A stretch of DNA of 27,909 bases from an uncultured archaeon (GTDB taxonomy: Archaea > Asgardarchaeota > Lokiarchaeia > Sigyniarchaeales > SOKP01): NCBI GenBank assembly GCA_964508365.1, contig CAZDTP010000053.1, positions 1 to 27,909 of the forward strand, written 5' to 3'. The notes beneath the pieces are model-generated. The model was not told where the DNA came from and did not search any database. It saw only the letters and a program-made list of their open reading frames with translations. Position 1 is the stretch's first letter, and the number at the start of each line of letters is the position of its first letter. Position numbers and translations under genes: made by a program. Positions 8,302 to 18,125 of this stretch are shown here, in pieces.

Positions 8302-10059
8302 ATGAGATTTAAAGCTTTAGCAATCCTTTTTTCAGAACTCGAAGCTACTACGAAAAGGCTTGAAATGACGGATATACTATCTTCATTTTTTGAAAACATA
8401 AAAAAAAGTAATGATTTCAAGGATCTTGATAAGATCATTTATTTGTTGCAAGGACAATTAGTTTCAAACATTAAGCAATTTCCAAAAATTGGAATTGCGG
8501 AAAATACGATAATTGAAGCATTAAATATACATTCTACCATTAAAAAAGAAAGAATAAAGGAAATTTTGAGAAAAACAGGAGATATTGGAGCTACAGCAGA
8601 ATTTATACTCAATAAAAAGAATGGACAAAAATATATGCTTAATTATATAAGTTATTTTAGTGAAACTGAATCATCACTAGAAATATCAGAATTATATAAT
8701 GCGATGCAAAAAATAGCATATAGTGAAGGGACAGGTTCACATGACACAAAAATTGGGATTTTACGAGAGCTAATGAGTAAAACTTCACCCTTAGAAACTA
8801 AATACTTATTGCGTATAATTACATCAACTCTAAGAGTTGGTGTTTCTACGATGACAATCATAGATGGTTTAGCATTAGGATTTACAGGAGAGAAAAAATA
8901 TAGAGATTCTGTTGAGAAAGCTTTTAACTTGCATCCTGATTTAGGAGATATTACTATAATTTTAGCAGAAAATGGAATATCTGCTGTTGAGAAGATAGAT
9001 ATAGAGTACGGAGTTCCAATAAGAATGATGTTAGCATCAAGAGTCCCTTATGGAGAAATTATTGAAAAACTTGGAAGTCCTCTTACTGTGGAATATAAAC
9101 TTGATGGTGAAAGACTTCAGATTCATAAAGAACATGAAAATGTAAAGTTATTTTCTCGGAGATTGTTAAATATTTCTGAACAATACCCGGATGTATGTCG
9201 GGTTATTATTGAAAATATTAGTGCAAATAATGTTATTATGGAAGGTGAAGTCGTAGCAATGGATCCCTTTTATGAAAAAATGCTCCCATTTCAAGTATTA
9301 AGCAAACGGCGTCGCAAACATGACATCGATGATATTATGAAGGAGGTACCTGTGTGTTTATTTTTATTTGACATATTAAAATGCGAAAACGAATCGTATT
9401 TAAGTAAATCTTTCCTAAATCGTAGAAAAAAATTAGGAGAAATCGTCACTGAAAGAGATGAATTACGCTTAGTAAAATCGAAAACTATTACAAATACAGA
9501 AGAATTGCTAGATTTTTTCAATGAAGCTCGAAGGGAAGGAAACGAAGGGATTATGGCAAAATCTGTTAAGGATAACTCTGTATATCAGGCGGGAAATCGC
9601 GGTTTTTTATGGATTAAATTAAAAGGATTAGAAGGAGGTAAATTAAAAGACTCTGTGGATGTTGTATTAGTTGGTGCTTTCCATGGTAAGGGTCGAAGGA
9701 CTGGCGTTTATGGAACTTACATTGGAGCGGTGTATGATCCAGTAAATGGGAAGTTTATAGCTTTCACTAGGTTTTTTTCCGGATTGACAGATGAATTGTC
9801 AGAATCATTAACAAAAGATATGGATAAATATATAGCGAAAAAAAAACCGAATAATGTTATTTGTGAAGATATCCCAGATGTTTGGCTTGAACCGGAAGTA
9901 GTGGTTGAAATAATTGGAGATGAAATAACGATTTCTGAGAAGTTTCTAACTTTAGGATATTCTATGCGATTTCCAGTTTTCCAAAAATTTAGGCCTGAAA
10001 AGGGACCAGAAGATATTACTACTGTTAATGAAATTGACGATCTTTATAAATCTCAATAA
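8302..10059 (+). CDS. lig: ATP-dependent DNA ligase (archaeal/eukaryotic LigI type)
   Basis: Motif I EYKLDGER, motif III EGEVV, LFLFDIL, motif IV EGIMAK, motif V WIKLK, OB-fold MRFPVF, and an N-terminal DNA-binding domain (LRIITSTLRVG). Confidence 0.95.
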   Translation: MRFKALAILFSELEATTKRLEMTDILSSFFENIKKSNDFKDLDKIIYLLQGQLVSNIKQFPKIGIAENTIIEALNIHSTIKKERIKEILRKTGDIGATAEFILNKKNGQKYMLNYISYFSETESSLEISELYNAMQKIAYSEGTGSHDTKIGILRELMSKTSPLETKYLLRIITSTLRVGVSTMTIIDGLALGFTGEKKYRDSVEKAFNLHPDLGDITIILAENGISAVEKIDIEYGVPIRMMLASRVPYGEIIEKLGSPLTVEYKLDGERLQIHKEHENVKLFSRRLLNISEQYPDVCRVIIENISANNVIMEGEVVAMDPFYEKMLPFQVLSKRRRKHDIDDIMKEVPVCLFLFDILKCENESYLSKSFLNRRKKLGEIVTERDELRLVKSKTITNTEELLDFFNEARREGNEGIMAKSVKDNSVYQAGNRGFLWIKLKGLEGGKLKDSVDVVLVGAFHGKGRRTGVYGTYIGAVYDPVNGKFIAFTRFFSGLTDELSESLTKDMDKYIAKKKPNNVICEDIPDVWLEPEVVVEIIGDEITISEKFLTLGYSMRFPVFQKFRPEKGPEDITTVNEIDDLYKSQ

Positions 10060-10076
10060 CCCAGTGATTTGTGTAA

Positions 10077-11459
10077 TTATAAATGTATTCTAACGCCTCT
10101 ATCTTCCATTTTCTTTAAAAAATGAGGAATTATTTCAAAATTATTTTCACTTAAATATAATTCTTCTAAACTTTCGAGAGATTGAATAGTTTCTGGAATT
10201 TTTTTTAATTTATTTCTCGAAATATTTAAAATCTTTAAATTTTTCAACTTTCCTATGGTTTCTGGAATCGATTCTAACTTATTATCGCATAAGTTCATTA
10301 TTTCTAAAGAAGTAAGGGAATCTATTGACGATGATACAGTAGATAACTCATTTCTTTCTAGATCTAACAATTTAAGTGAAATTAATTCAGTTATTGGTTT
10401 TGATAATGTTGTTAATAAATTCCAACTTAAGTTTAGTTTTTTTAAAGATTTTAAGGATGAGAAAGATACTGGTAGATTCGTTAATTTATTATCATGAAGA
10501 TTGAGCTCTTCAAGATTTTTAAGGTTTCCAAATTCTTCTGGTAACATGTAGAGCTGATTTAGCCGTAAATTCAATCTTCTCAACGATTTTAAAGAGGAAA
10601 TTGAGGATGGGAGTTCTTGAAGTTCATTCTTCCAAAGTGTTAACTCTTTTAAACATTGCAGTGAACCTAGGGTCTTTGGAAGGTTATTAATATTGTTAAT
10701 ATTTAAATTTAGAGATTCTAAGGAATGAAGATTGCTTATCCATTCAGGAATTTCCGTAATTTGGTTATACCTCAAAGACAAAATTCTTAAGTTGAGAAGA
10801 TAACTTATAGCAATAGGCAATTTAGTCAGTCCCTTGAACATAAAGTTTAGTTCAACAATTCTACAGTCCTCAATGGTATATTTGAGTCTAAAATGTAATT
10901 TTTTCAAATACACTAAAGAGTAATAATTGATTAAAATTTCAGTCAATTCACTATGAGAGCAATCTTTTACATCGCTTTGAGATTTCAGAATTTCAATGCC
11001 AATCTTAAAGTCTCTATCTTTAATTTGATCTATTTCTTCAAGTAAAGCTAATTTTCCAAAAGAATCCTCTTTTTTTTCAATGAATTTAAGAATAGAAATT
11101 AAAGAATTATAAGTGGTACTCAATATTGTTGGAGATTCTTCATGGTTAAGAGTCCACCTCATAAGTTTTAATGCTTTATCTTTAAAATTTTGATGTAGTA
11201 TTAATGCAGCTTCGTTTCTAATTTTAACATCGGAATCAGAGATAAGTAAGTTTTCGATAAAGTCATAAAGTGCTTCTTCTTCAATCCCGACGCTCCCAAA
11301 TGAATTGTAGATTTTTTTTAAAGTTTTAAGACTTTCAACGCGTTGCTTAGTTAGATTGCTGTTTTCTATTAATGAAATTAGTTGTTGTACTGCTGTTGGA
11401 ACATCTATAGTATTCTTATTTATCTCATCAAAGATTTTAATTGGAGTACGTTCTGTAAT
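10077..11459 (-). CDS. HEAT-like + leucine-rich repeat protein, 460 aa if initiated at ATT 11459 (first ATG in frame is 11162, giving 361 aa)
   Basis: 23-residue LRRs (LPxxIxxLxxLxxLxLxxNxLxx). The frame is open from 11468. The 99 codons upstream of ATG 11162 encode the same N-terminal module as the two paralogues (TAVQQLISLIENS...FIENLLISDSDVKIRNEAA). GAGGT sits 6 nt before the ATT. Confidence 0.8.
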   Translation of the reverse strand: MTERTPIKIFDEINKNTIDVPTAVQQLISLIENSNLTKQRVESLKTLKKIYNSFGSVGIEEEALYDFIENLLISDSDVKIRNEAALILHQNFKDKALKLMRWTLNHEESPTILSTTYNSLISILKFIEKKEDSFGKLALLEEIDQIKDRDFKIGIEILKSQSDVKDCSHSELTEILINYYSLVYLKKLHFRLKYTIEDCRIVELNFMFKGLTKLPIAISYLLNLRILSLRYNQITEIPEWISNLHSLESLNLNINNINNLPKTLGSLQCLKELTLWKNELQELPSSISSLKSLRRLNLRLNQLYMLPEEFGNLKNLEELNLHDNKLTNLPVSFSSLKSLKKLNLSWNLLTTLSKPITELISLKLLDLERNELSTVSSSIDSLTSLEIMNLCDNKLESIPETIGKLKNLKILNISRNKLKKIPETIQSLESLEELYLSENNFEIIPHFLKKMEDRGVRIHL

Positions 11460-11465
11460 GCTATT

Positions 11466-11470
11466 ACCTC
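11466..11470 (-). promoter_or_regulatory. Shine-Dalgarno site (GAGGT) preceding the ATT at 11459
   Basis: The minus strand reads TAA CT GAGGT AATAGC ATT ACA GAA. The same GAGGT core precedes ATG starts at 1116, 13573, 15793 and 25997. Confidence 0.6.
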
Positions 11471-11472
11471 AG

Positions 11473-12972
11473 TTATTTATATATTATTAATCCCTTTTTC
11501 TCTAATGTATTTAAAAAAGGAGGAATTTCTTCTATATTATTAAAGTTCAAATCTAAAATTTTTAAATTTGTTAAGTTCACAAGAGATTTTGGCAGCAATT
11601 TGAGTGCATTTCCCCATAAGCTTAATATTTCAAGAGATGTAAGTGAACCAATCCAATATGGCAAATCAGTAAAATTATTCCAGCTTAAATTTAATGTTTT
11701 CAATTTTTTTAATTTACGAAAAGATTCAGGAAGAGTAGATAATTGATTATTCCATAAAGTTAACTCTTCAAGTTTAGAAATTCTTCCAATTGATTCTGGA
11801 AGTTCATGCAATTTGTTGTCAAATAAATGCAAAGATTCCAAAAAACTAAAAGATCCAATCCATTTGGGAAGGATTCTCAATTTATTTCCCCCTAAACCTA
11901 GAAACCTAAGATTCTTGAGGTTTTTAATCCATTTAGGTAGCTTTTCTATGCTATTCAAACCCATATCCAATCGTCTTATTTTGTTACTTCCTTTAAGTGA
12001 GAATTTAGTGTCGTTTAATTTATTTCCATGTAAATCTAACACCTCCAAATTTAGAATGTTTTTAATTGTTTTTGGGAGGCTTTTTAAGGAATTTGCTCTT
12101 AAATTTAAACTTTTAAGTGAATTTAAAGAACCAATAGAAGTAGGCAATTCCATAATTTTATTATATCTCAAATTTAATAATTTTAAGGATTTAAGAGAAC
12201 CAATTGAAGATGGAATTGATTTTATTTTATTGTAACTTAAATCTAATTTAATTAATGATGTTAGGGAACTAATGGAATCTGGAATTGTAATTAACCTATT
12301 AAATTTAAGGTCGAGGTTTTCGAGTGATGTCAAAAATTCAATAAACTCAGGGAACTTATTTAGTATCGTCCATCCAAATATATGGCTACTAACATCAGAC
12401 AAACCTAATTGAAGAATTAATCCATCTTTAACCTTAAAATTTATTTGCCCAAACTTAGTTTCCAAATCTTTTATTATAAAAGAATTTTCTACAATCCTCG
12501 AAAGCGCATAACTCGAGAGGTTTTCAATTTCTCCTTTTAGATATAGATCCTTTAAACTTTCTATTATTTTTTCGTTTTTAATTTCTCTTATTTTTTCTAT
12601 TAACAGCGATTTTGATTGCACTGTATCTATTCTGCCTAATATTTTTGATATCACTAACAAACATTTTAGAGACTCTTCGTGCTTAAAAGCCCACCTTAAC
12701 GGTTCGAGAGCATCCGTTAGAAATATTTTTTCAATAGTGGAAGCCGCAGCTATGCGTATGGATTCATTTGTATCAGAAATAAGTAAATTTTCTACGAGTT
12801 TAAAAACATTATTAGTATTTGCATTCAATTCAGCTAAGGTATTAATGCTTTCTATTCTTGTACTCAAATTATCGCTATTCTCTATAATTGAAATTAGTTG
12901 ATTAATAGCTGAGGTTTTATCCACTTTGTTATTAATATAATTTTTGTTAATAAGATATGGAGATGATTCCAT
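11473..12972 (-). CDS. HEAT-like + leucine-rich repeat protein (about 13 LRRs)
   Basis: Regular 23-aa LRRs. The ORF track starts at TTG 13020, but ATG 12972 (MESSPYLI) aligns with the start of the 4662 paralogue (MDINPYTI), so it is preferred. Confidence 0.85.
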   Translation of the reverse strand: MESSPYLINKNYINNKVDKTSAINQLISIIENSDNLSTRIESINTLAELNANTNNVFKLVENLLISDTNESIRIAAASTIEKIFLTDALEPLRWAFKHEESLKCLLVISKILGRIDTVQSKSLLIEKIREIKNEKIIESLKDLYLKGEIENLSSYALSRIVENSFIIKDLETKFGQINFKVKDGLILQLGLSDVSSHIFGWTILNKFPEFIEFLTSLENLDLKFNRLITIPDSISSLTSLIKLDLSYNKIKSIPSSIGSLKSLKLLNLRYNKIMELPTSIGSLNSLKSLNLRANSLKSLPKTIKNILNLEVLDLHGNKLNDTKFSLKGSNKIRRLDMGLNSIEKLPKWIKNLKNLRFLGLGGNKLRILPKWIGSFSFLESLHLFDNKLHELPESIGRISKLEELTLWNNQLSTLPESFRKLKKLKTLNLSWNNFTDLPYWIGSLTSLEILSLWGNALKLLPKSLVNLTNLKILDLNFNNIEEIPPFLNTLEKKGLIIYK

Positions 12973-13078
12973 TAATCTTCGAAATTTAGTTTTATTTTTT
13001 AGATTAATTATTATATTCAATCAAGATTTTACAACTTTATTTTATTTACTCTATTTGTCTAAATGTAAGTAGCGGTAA

Positions 13079-13573
13079 TTATTCTTTATCTGGCGGTTTT
13101 CTTCCTAACCACTTCTCGTAGAACGCATCGATATCGGGTAAAAAATTGAATATAATCGGATATCCCGGAGGTACGGCCTCAACATCTAATAGAGTAAAAC
13201 AATTAGGACAGAAAAATTCTCGAAGTTCTTCCCACTTCGGATCGCTTCCCATTAATTTTGGATAAATTTCTTCGATAGATTCAATTGTGTCCCTTACTCT
13301 GATTCTACATTTAAGCTTCCAATTTATATGATAATCTCCGAATTCGTATCCACAATCACATTTAACTATTCTTTCACCTTCTTTTGCTACGATGTAAAGG
13401 TGTTCGTGAAGAGGGAGGAGTATTCTTTCTTTCCAATTAAGTTTCTCTTGAAGAATATCCATAACTTTGTCAAATCTATTTTGATCTTTTCTTCCAGTAA
13501 TGATTGGTTTGAGCTCTTTCCATTTTAAATCACCCTCCATCATTCTTTCTAGAGTTTTTTTATCGATATCCAT
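13079..13573 (-). CDS. acxC: Acetone carboxylase gamma subunit
   Basis: LPLHEHLYIV, VKCDCGYEFG, NWK, RVRDT and ELREFFCPNCFTLLDVEAVPPGYP (Zn site CxC...CxxC). It is last in a hydantoinase A/B-type operon, with SD GAGGTG. Confidence 0.9.
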   Translation of the reverse strand: MDIDKKTLERMMEGDLKWKELKPIITGRKDQNRFDKVMDILQEKLNWKERILLPLHEHLYIVAKEGERIVKCDCGYEFGDYHINWKLKCRIRVRDTIESIEEIYPKLMGSDPKWEELREFFCPNCFTLLDVEAVPPGYPIIFNFLPDIDAFYEKWLGRKPPDKE

Positions 13574-13576
13574 TTT

Positions 13577-15793
13577 TTATTTCACCTCCAATTGAAAATT
13601 ATCATCCAATTTCCAAAATTCCTTAAATTCTCTACCCCATTTAGTAGATAAACTTAAGCTCTCTGAATACATCGTTATTACCGATTCATAAAAATCTCCT
13701 TTTAATATTATATCTCGCTCTTTTTTCCAGAATTCTTCAAATGATAAAGATTCGTTCTTTCTCTCCTCCATAATCCTTTTTTTTTGTATTCTTGTAGCTT
13801 CATTATCTATTTCCCATTCATTTTTATCATCATCAAAGTTTGCGATCACGCCATAAACATTTTTTACGATATCCGAGGTATATAATCCCTCATCGAGGTC
13901 TGTTTTAACATTTTCTAATTTGCGTTCAAGTGGATCTCCATAACCTGGTCCCCCGCTCTCAGAAAAATGAATAATGTCGTAGTTTTCGAGCGCAATTGGA
14001 TAGATTGTTCCTATTGGTATTCTCGTAATATCAGCTTGTAGATATCTCTCAAATTCGCCATTACTTGGATCAGGATCCCCCAACGGATAATTTTGTTGTT
14101 GTCGGAAAATTTCTTCCAAATTAGTATGTGTTGCAATTAATCGATAACTCGTAGCGTTAGGATATCCCCCATGCATTCCACCGGATCCATGAAAGACTAA
14201 ACCTTCCCTACCGGCGAAAAATTCTACTTTTTCAGAATTGGCGATGAAGGCAACACCCGCATAATTAGCTCCGCCACGGTATTTCCCATGACCCGGAGTA
14301 TTCGGTTTCACTTTTCTGGATAAATAAGGAATACCTCCTTGAAATAACTCCCATGTCTCAACATCTCCTAGATCTGCTTCAGGATTCCACATAGCATAAC
14401 CCCAATTAAGACCATCTCTAACGGCACTTGCCCCTAACCCTTGACCAGATATTTCGAATGTTGACAACATCCATCTTTCACCTTTTAATGGTCCAGCTGA
14501 ATAGATACCCCCACCTTGAATGGAGTCTCCAGTAAATCCATAACCAGGCACAACTTCTTCTCGAAAACCTCTTGAAAACAAACCATAGGACATGCATTTC
14601 ATCATCGTTGTATATGCAGGTATTAAATTACCCCATGGAGCTTGATAGGAAAGGTAAGGATCTCCTGGATTTGCCCATGATCCCAACGGGTAATTTTTTT
14701 CTACGGCGTAATAAGCTCCATCATTAACTTTATCGCCATAGATCAAAATTTGGGTTAATAACACCCATTGCCCTCCTTCCATTGCTCCCTTGTCGCAATT
14801 AAACGCGTTAGCACCTGCTGCACTAGCTCCATCAAACGAAAGAGAAAAACTACCATCTTCCTTTACTATCATTTCCATTGGGTGATTTGACAATTTATCA
14901 ACTCTTGCGATGGGTACCCAAGCCTGATCTTTCATAGGAAGGTCCATAAAGGAAGCAGCTCTGTATCTTCCAGGAATTAAGCGCTCTTTTACTCTTTCAA
15001 GAACTATTCTTCTTCCTTCTTCAATTGCTTCCCTCATAAATTTCTTGTAAAATTCAATCCCTTCTCTTTTTATGAACTCGTAAACAGCGTCTCTTATCAT
15101 TAAATTTCCTGCTAATCGACATTTTTCATCCAATTCCCAATACATAGGGCTTCTTACCGATTTCTTCGCGCCAATCATGTGATCGCGCCAAATTTTATCG
15201 TTAGAGCCGATTTTTCTGCAAGTGTAATAAACTCCATCATCAAATCTTTGAATTGAAGAAACTAAAGTATGACCAGGTGTGATACCTCCTATATCAATTT
15301 GATGAGTAACTCCCCCTGCCCAACCAATTAATTCCTCTTCCCAAAAAATCGGAATTAAGGTTTGTACATCGGTAGTATGGACATTTCCGCATTGTGGATC
15401 ATTATTTAGGAAAATATCTCCTTGATTAATCGTTGGATCTACCTCATATCCTTCTCTAATCATGAACTTAATTCCTTCGCTCATTGTATGGACATGCACC
15501 AAAATACCAGTAGAAACAACTATTGAATCACCTTCGGGAGTATATAATGCGAAGCAAAGTTCACCAATTTCTGTAACTATTGGGGATGCTGCGACATGCA
15601 ATGCAGTTTCCCTTGCTGAAACTAATGCACCTCTTAAACTTGCGTAAGCCTTCTCGTATCTGAACGGATCTTCTTCCTTTAAACTGAGTCTTTCAATTCC
15701 GTGATAACACTTGCTGTCTTTTAACAGCTTCTCGCTTTCTTCTAGCATTTCTTTAATTGTTTTTCCATCCCATCCAATTGGTTTTTTTGACAT
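13577..15793 (-). CDS. acxB: Acetone carboxylase alpha subunit (hydantoinase B/oxoprolinase superfamily, metal-binding)
   Basis: ARETA..AASPIV..GELCF.LY, GNVHTTD (HxxD), GGVTH, QRFDDG, GHGKYRGG and GGPGYGDPLER. These fit the bacterial AcxB pattern as I recall it. Operon with A and C subunits at 3-nt spacing. Confidence 0.9.
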   Translation of the reverse strand: MSKKPIGWDGKTIKEMLEESEKLLKDSKCYHGIERLSLKEEDPFRYEKAYASLRGALVSARETALHVAASPIVTEIGELCFALYTPEGDSIVVSTGILVHVHTMSEGIKFMIREGYEVDPTINQGDIFLNNDPQCGNVHTTDVQTLIPIFWEEELIGWAGGVTHQIDIGGITPGHTLVSSIQRFDDGVYYTCRKIGSNDKIWRDHMIGAKKSVRSPMYWELDEKCRLAGNLMIRDAVYEFIKREGIEFYKKFMREAIEEGRRIVLERVKERLIPGRYRAASFMDLPMKDQAWVPIARVDKLSNHPMEMIVKEDGSFSLSFDGASAAGANAFNCDKGAMEGGQWVLLTQILIYGDKVNDGAYYAVEKNYPLGSWANPGDPYLSYQAPWGNLIPAYTTMMKCMSYGLFSRGFREEVVPGYGFTGDSIQGGGIYSAGPLKGERWMLSTFEISGQGLGASAVRDGLNWGYAMWNPEADLGDVETWELFQGGIPYLSRKVKPNTPGHGKYRGGANYAGVAFIANSEKVEFFAGREGLVFHGSGGMHGGYPNATSYRLIATHTNLEEIFRQQQNYPLGDPDPSNGEFERYLQADITRIPIGTIYPIALENYDIIHFSESGGPGYGDPLERKLENVKTDLDEGLYTSDIVKNVYGVIANFDDDKNEWEIDNEATRIQKKRIMEERKNESLSFEEFWKKERDIILKGDFYESVITMYSESLSLSTKWGREFKEFWKLDDNFQLEVK

Positions 15794-15796
15794 ATT

Positions 15797-17983
15797 TTAT
15801 CGCACCTCCATGTGAAATACCCTGTGCTTATCTAGTTTTACTCGATAATTCGGTGGAACTAGTAAAGTAGTTGCGGGAGCTTCTATTACAGCCGGACCGT
15901 CGACAGTATTTCCTGCATCGAGCAATTTCATTTCCCATATCGAAGCATTATACCATTTTTTATCCCAAAATATTTCTCTTAATCCTTTTGATGCATCATC
16001 ATTTGGTCTTTCACTGCTAAGCTCAAGTTCTGGTAACTTAGGTTTTGGTACGGGGACAACACCGGTTCCTACAGCTTTTGTAATGTGATATCCTAATTCA
16101 GGACTCTTTGTTCCTCTTCGAAATATCATTTCGAAAAGATCATCGTATCTAATAAGAAGATCGTTTAATTCAACGGAATCAAAGCGATCCAATTCTTTCG
16201 AATGCTCAATTGTTAATTCCTCATAGGGTGATTGTACTTCTAAGTCGTCTAACATGCCAAAATATTGCAGCTTGAGAGATGGTCTAAACTCCATCTCATT
16301 AAGATTTCTACCTTCTTTTTCAAATTCATTCATAATTTTGATTTTTAAATCTCTCCATGTGGAAGTCATCATTGATGCTACAAATGAGCTCATATTTCTA
16401 TCAGGATCAATAAGTAGATCAACGGATATTTCGTGCCTGTAAGAATGATCAGCACAAGCACATCCGTAAGCTGAAAATGCAGCAGCCCACTCAGGTATCA
16501 TAATATCCTGAAAGGACAATCCTTTAGAATATCCCGCTACATGAAGCGGACCACCACCGCCAAACGATATGTGAGTATAGTTCTCTGGCCGAAATCCAAG
16601 TCCTTGAATCATTCCATTAAGGTGGTTTTTCATATTAATTTCAATTAAATCTAATGCTCCCCTTGCTGCTTCATATGGATCCGAATTGAAGGGTTTAGCA
16701 ATTTGATCATTAATATAATCATAAGCCCTTTTTTTGTTTAATGGGACTTTACCACCAAGAAAGTAATCTGGATTAAGATATCCTAATATCAAACTACAAT
16801 CAGTCATTGTTACGGTTTCTACTCCGGACTGCTCATTACAGACTCCAATTTTATATCCCGCACTTTCAGGTCCAAATTCTAATCTGCTTGATATATCATT
16901 ATATCGTACATACATTCCAGTTCCTGCACCAATAGAGTCCAATGCAATCATTGGGATGTTTAAGATAAATCCTCCAAGCGAACTTTCCCACTTAGTAGGG
17001 ACATATTTTTCCATGGTTAGACCTACGTCAAAACTCGTACCCCCAACATCTGAGGAGACTAAGTTTTGAATCCCATATTTCTCAGCGATGAATTTGCTCC
17101 CGATCATACCACCAATAGGACCTGAAACCATGGTTGGAATAAGTGATTTAGAGTAAGGAGACATCGTTCCTCCGTAAGATGTTAAAATTCTTAGAGGGGC
17201 TGGCACTCCCTTGTCTTTAAGTTTTTTAGCAATCGCTATTAGTTGTTCCCTTGATGGTTCTGCAGCATACTGTTCGATTAGAAGGGCGTTCAACCTAGGT
17301 GTTTCACCTCTTATAGGGTTATGTTCAGAAGAAAGAATTATTGGTATCTCCCTGCCATAATCCTTCATAACTTGTTTTGCTATTCTTTCAACTTCCATTT
17401 CGTGTCTTGAATTCATATAGGAGCAGAGTAAACACACACATATGCAATCGACTTTCATATCTAGTAATTCTTTTACAACTTCTACTACATCCTTTTCATA
17501 TAAAGGTATTAGTTCTTCTCCCCAAAAATTAATTCTTCCGCGCACGCCTTTAAACTGGTGCCTAGGAATCAAAGGCTGAGGATGCTCGTGCTCTCTGGCG
17601 TGCAATCGACCTGCATAATCAAGCCACATCCAGCATTGTAAAGCCCTCCCCAATCTATGGAGATCCTCAAACCCCGCATTAACAATCACTCCTATATTGT
17701 CATTTCCTTCCCTTTCTAAAAGCCTGTTTAGCATGGCTGTGCCTGAATACACTAAGGCTTCCACACCAGCACCAGTTTCTTCTAATGTTTTGTCCCATTC
17801 ACTTAAGGAATCTGATATTGAATTTAATATGCCAATAGATTCTTCTTTTCCCGTTGTCAAAGCCTTCCCAACTGCAAAACTACCTTTCTCATCAATAATA
17901 AACGAATCTGTCATTGTACCGCCAGTATCTAACGCTATAGCTTTTAAAAGATGTTGTTTACTTTCATTATTTGGTTTTGTCAT
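15797..17983 (-). CDS. acxA: Acetone carboxylase beta subunit (hydantoinase A/ATP-binding)
   Basis: ALDTGGTMTD, YSGTAMLNRLLER, SGPIGG, SDVGGTSFDVG, SIGAGTG, GPESAG, FGGGGPLH, FSAYG and GPAVIEAPATT. Confidence 0.9.
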   Translation of the reverse strand: MTKPNNESKQHLLKAIALDTGGTMTDSFIIDEKGSFAVGKALTTGKEESIGILNSISDSLSEWDKTLEETGAGVEALVYSGTAMLNRLLEREGNDNIGVIVNAGFEDLHRLGRALQCWMWLDYAGRLHAREHEHPQPLIPRHQFKGVRGRINFWGEELIPLYEKDVVEVVKELLDMKVDCICVCLLCSYMNSRHEMEVERIAKQVMKDYGREIPIILSSEHNPIRGETPRLNALLIEQYAAEPSREQLIAIAKKLKDKGVPAPLRILTSYGGTMSPYSKSLIPTMVSGPIGGMIGSKFIAEKYGIQNLVSSDVGGTSFDVGLTMEKYVPTKWESSLGGFILNIPMIALDSIGAGTGMYVRYNDISSRLEFGPESAGYKIGVCNEQSGVETVTMTDCSLILGYLNPDYFLGGKVPLNKKRAYDYINDQIAKPFNSDPYEAARGALDLIEINMKNHLNGMIQGLGFRPENYTHISFGGGGPLHVAGYSKGLSFQDIMIPEWAAAFSAYGCACADHSYRHEISVDLLIDPDRNMSSFVASMMTSTWRDLKIKIMNEFEKEGRNLNEMEFRPSLKLQYFGMLDDLEVQSPYEELTIEHSKELDRFDSVELNDLLIRYDDLFEMIFRRGTKSPELGYHITKAVGTGVVPVPKPKLPELELSSERPNDDASKGLREIFWDKKWYNASIWEMKLLDAGNTVDGPAVIEAPATTLLVPPNYRVKLDKHRVFHMEVR

Positions 17984-18125
17984 AGTCGATCGTCCCGTAT
18001 GTTTTTCACATTATTATTTCATAATTAGAGCTAATGCTATATATAATTGAAGATTAATTAAATAAAATCCAAATTTATCTTTTAATTATAGGTACATAGT
18101 ATTTATTATAATTAAAGGATCAATT

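Noticed and set aside
11813-12235. 140-aa plus-strand ORF with periodic pattern
   Set aside because: Antisense to the LRR array. Its periodicity mirrors the LRR codons.
12973-13020. TTG start at 13020 for the LRR gene
   Set aside because: The 16 extra residues are low-complexity AT-rich sequence. ATG 12972 aligns with the paralogue starts.
13577-17983. 5-oxoprolinase or hydantoin utilisation A/B pair
   Set aside because: A gamma subunit is present, and AcxB-type motifs (AASPIV..GELCF, QRFDDG) point to acetone carboxylase.
17697-18050. 117-aa plus-strand ORF overlapping the acxA start
   Set aside because: Mostly antisense to acxA, Ser-rich shadow composition, TTG start with no SD.
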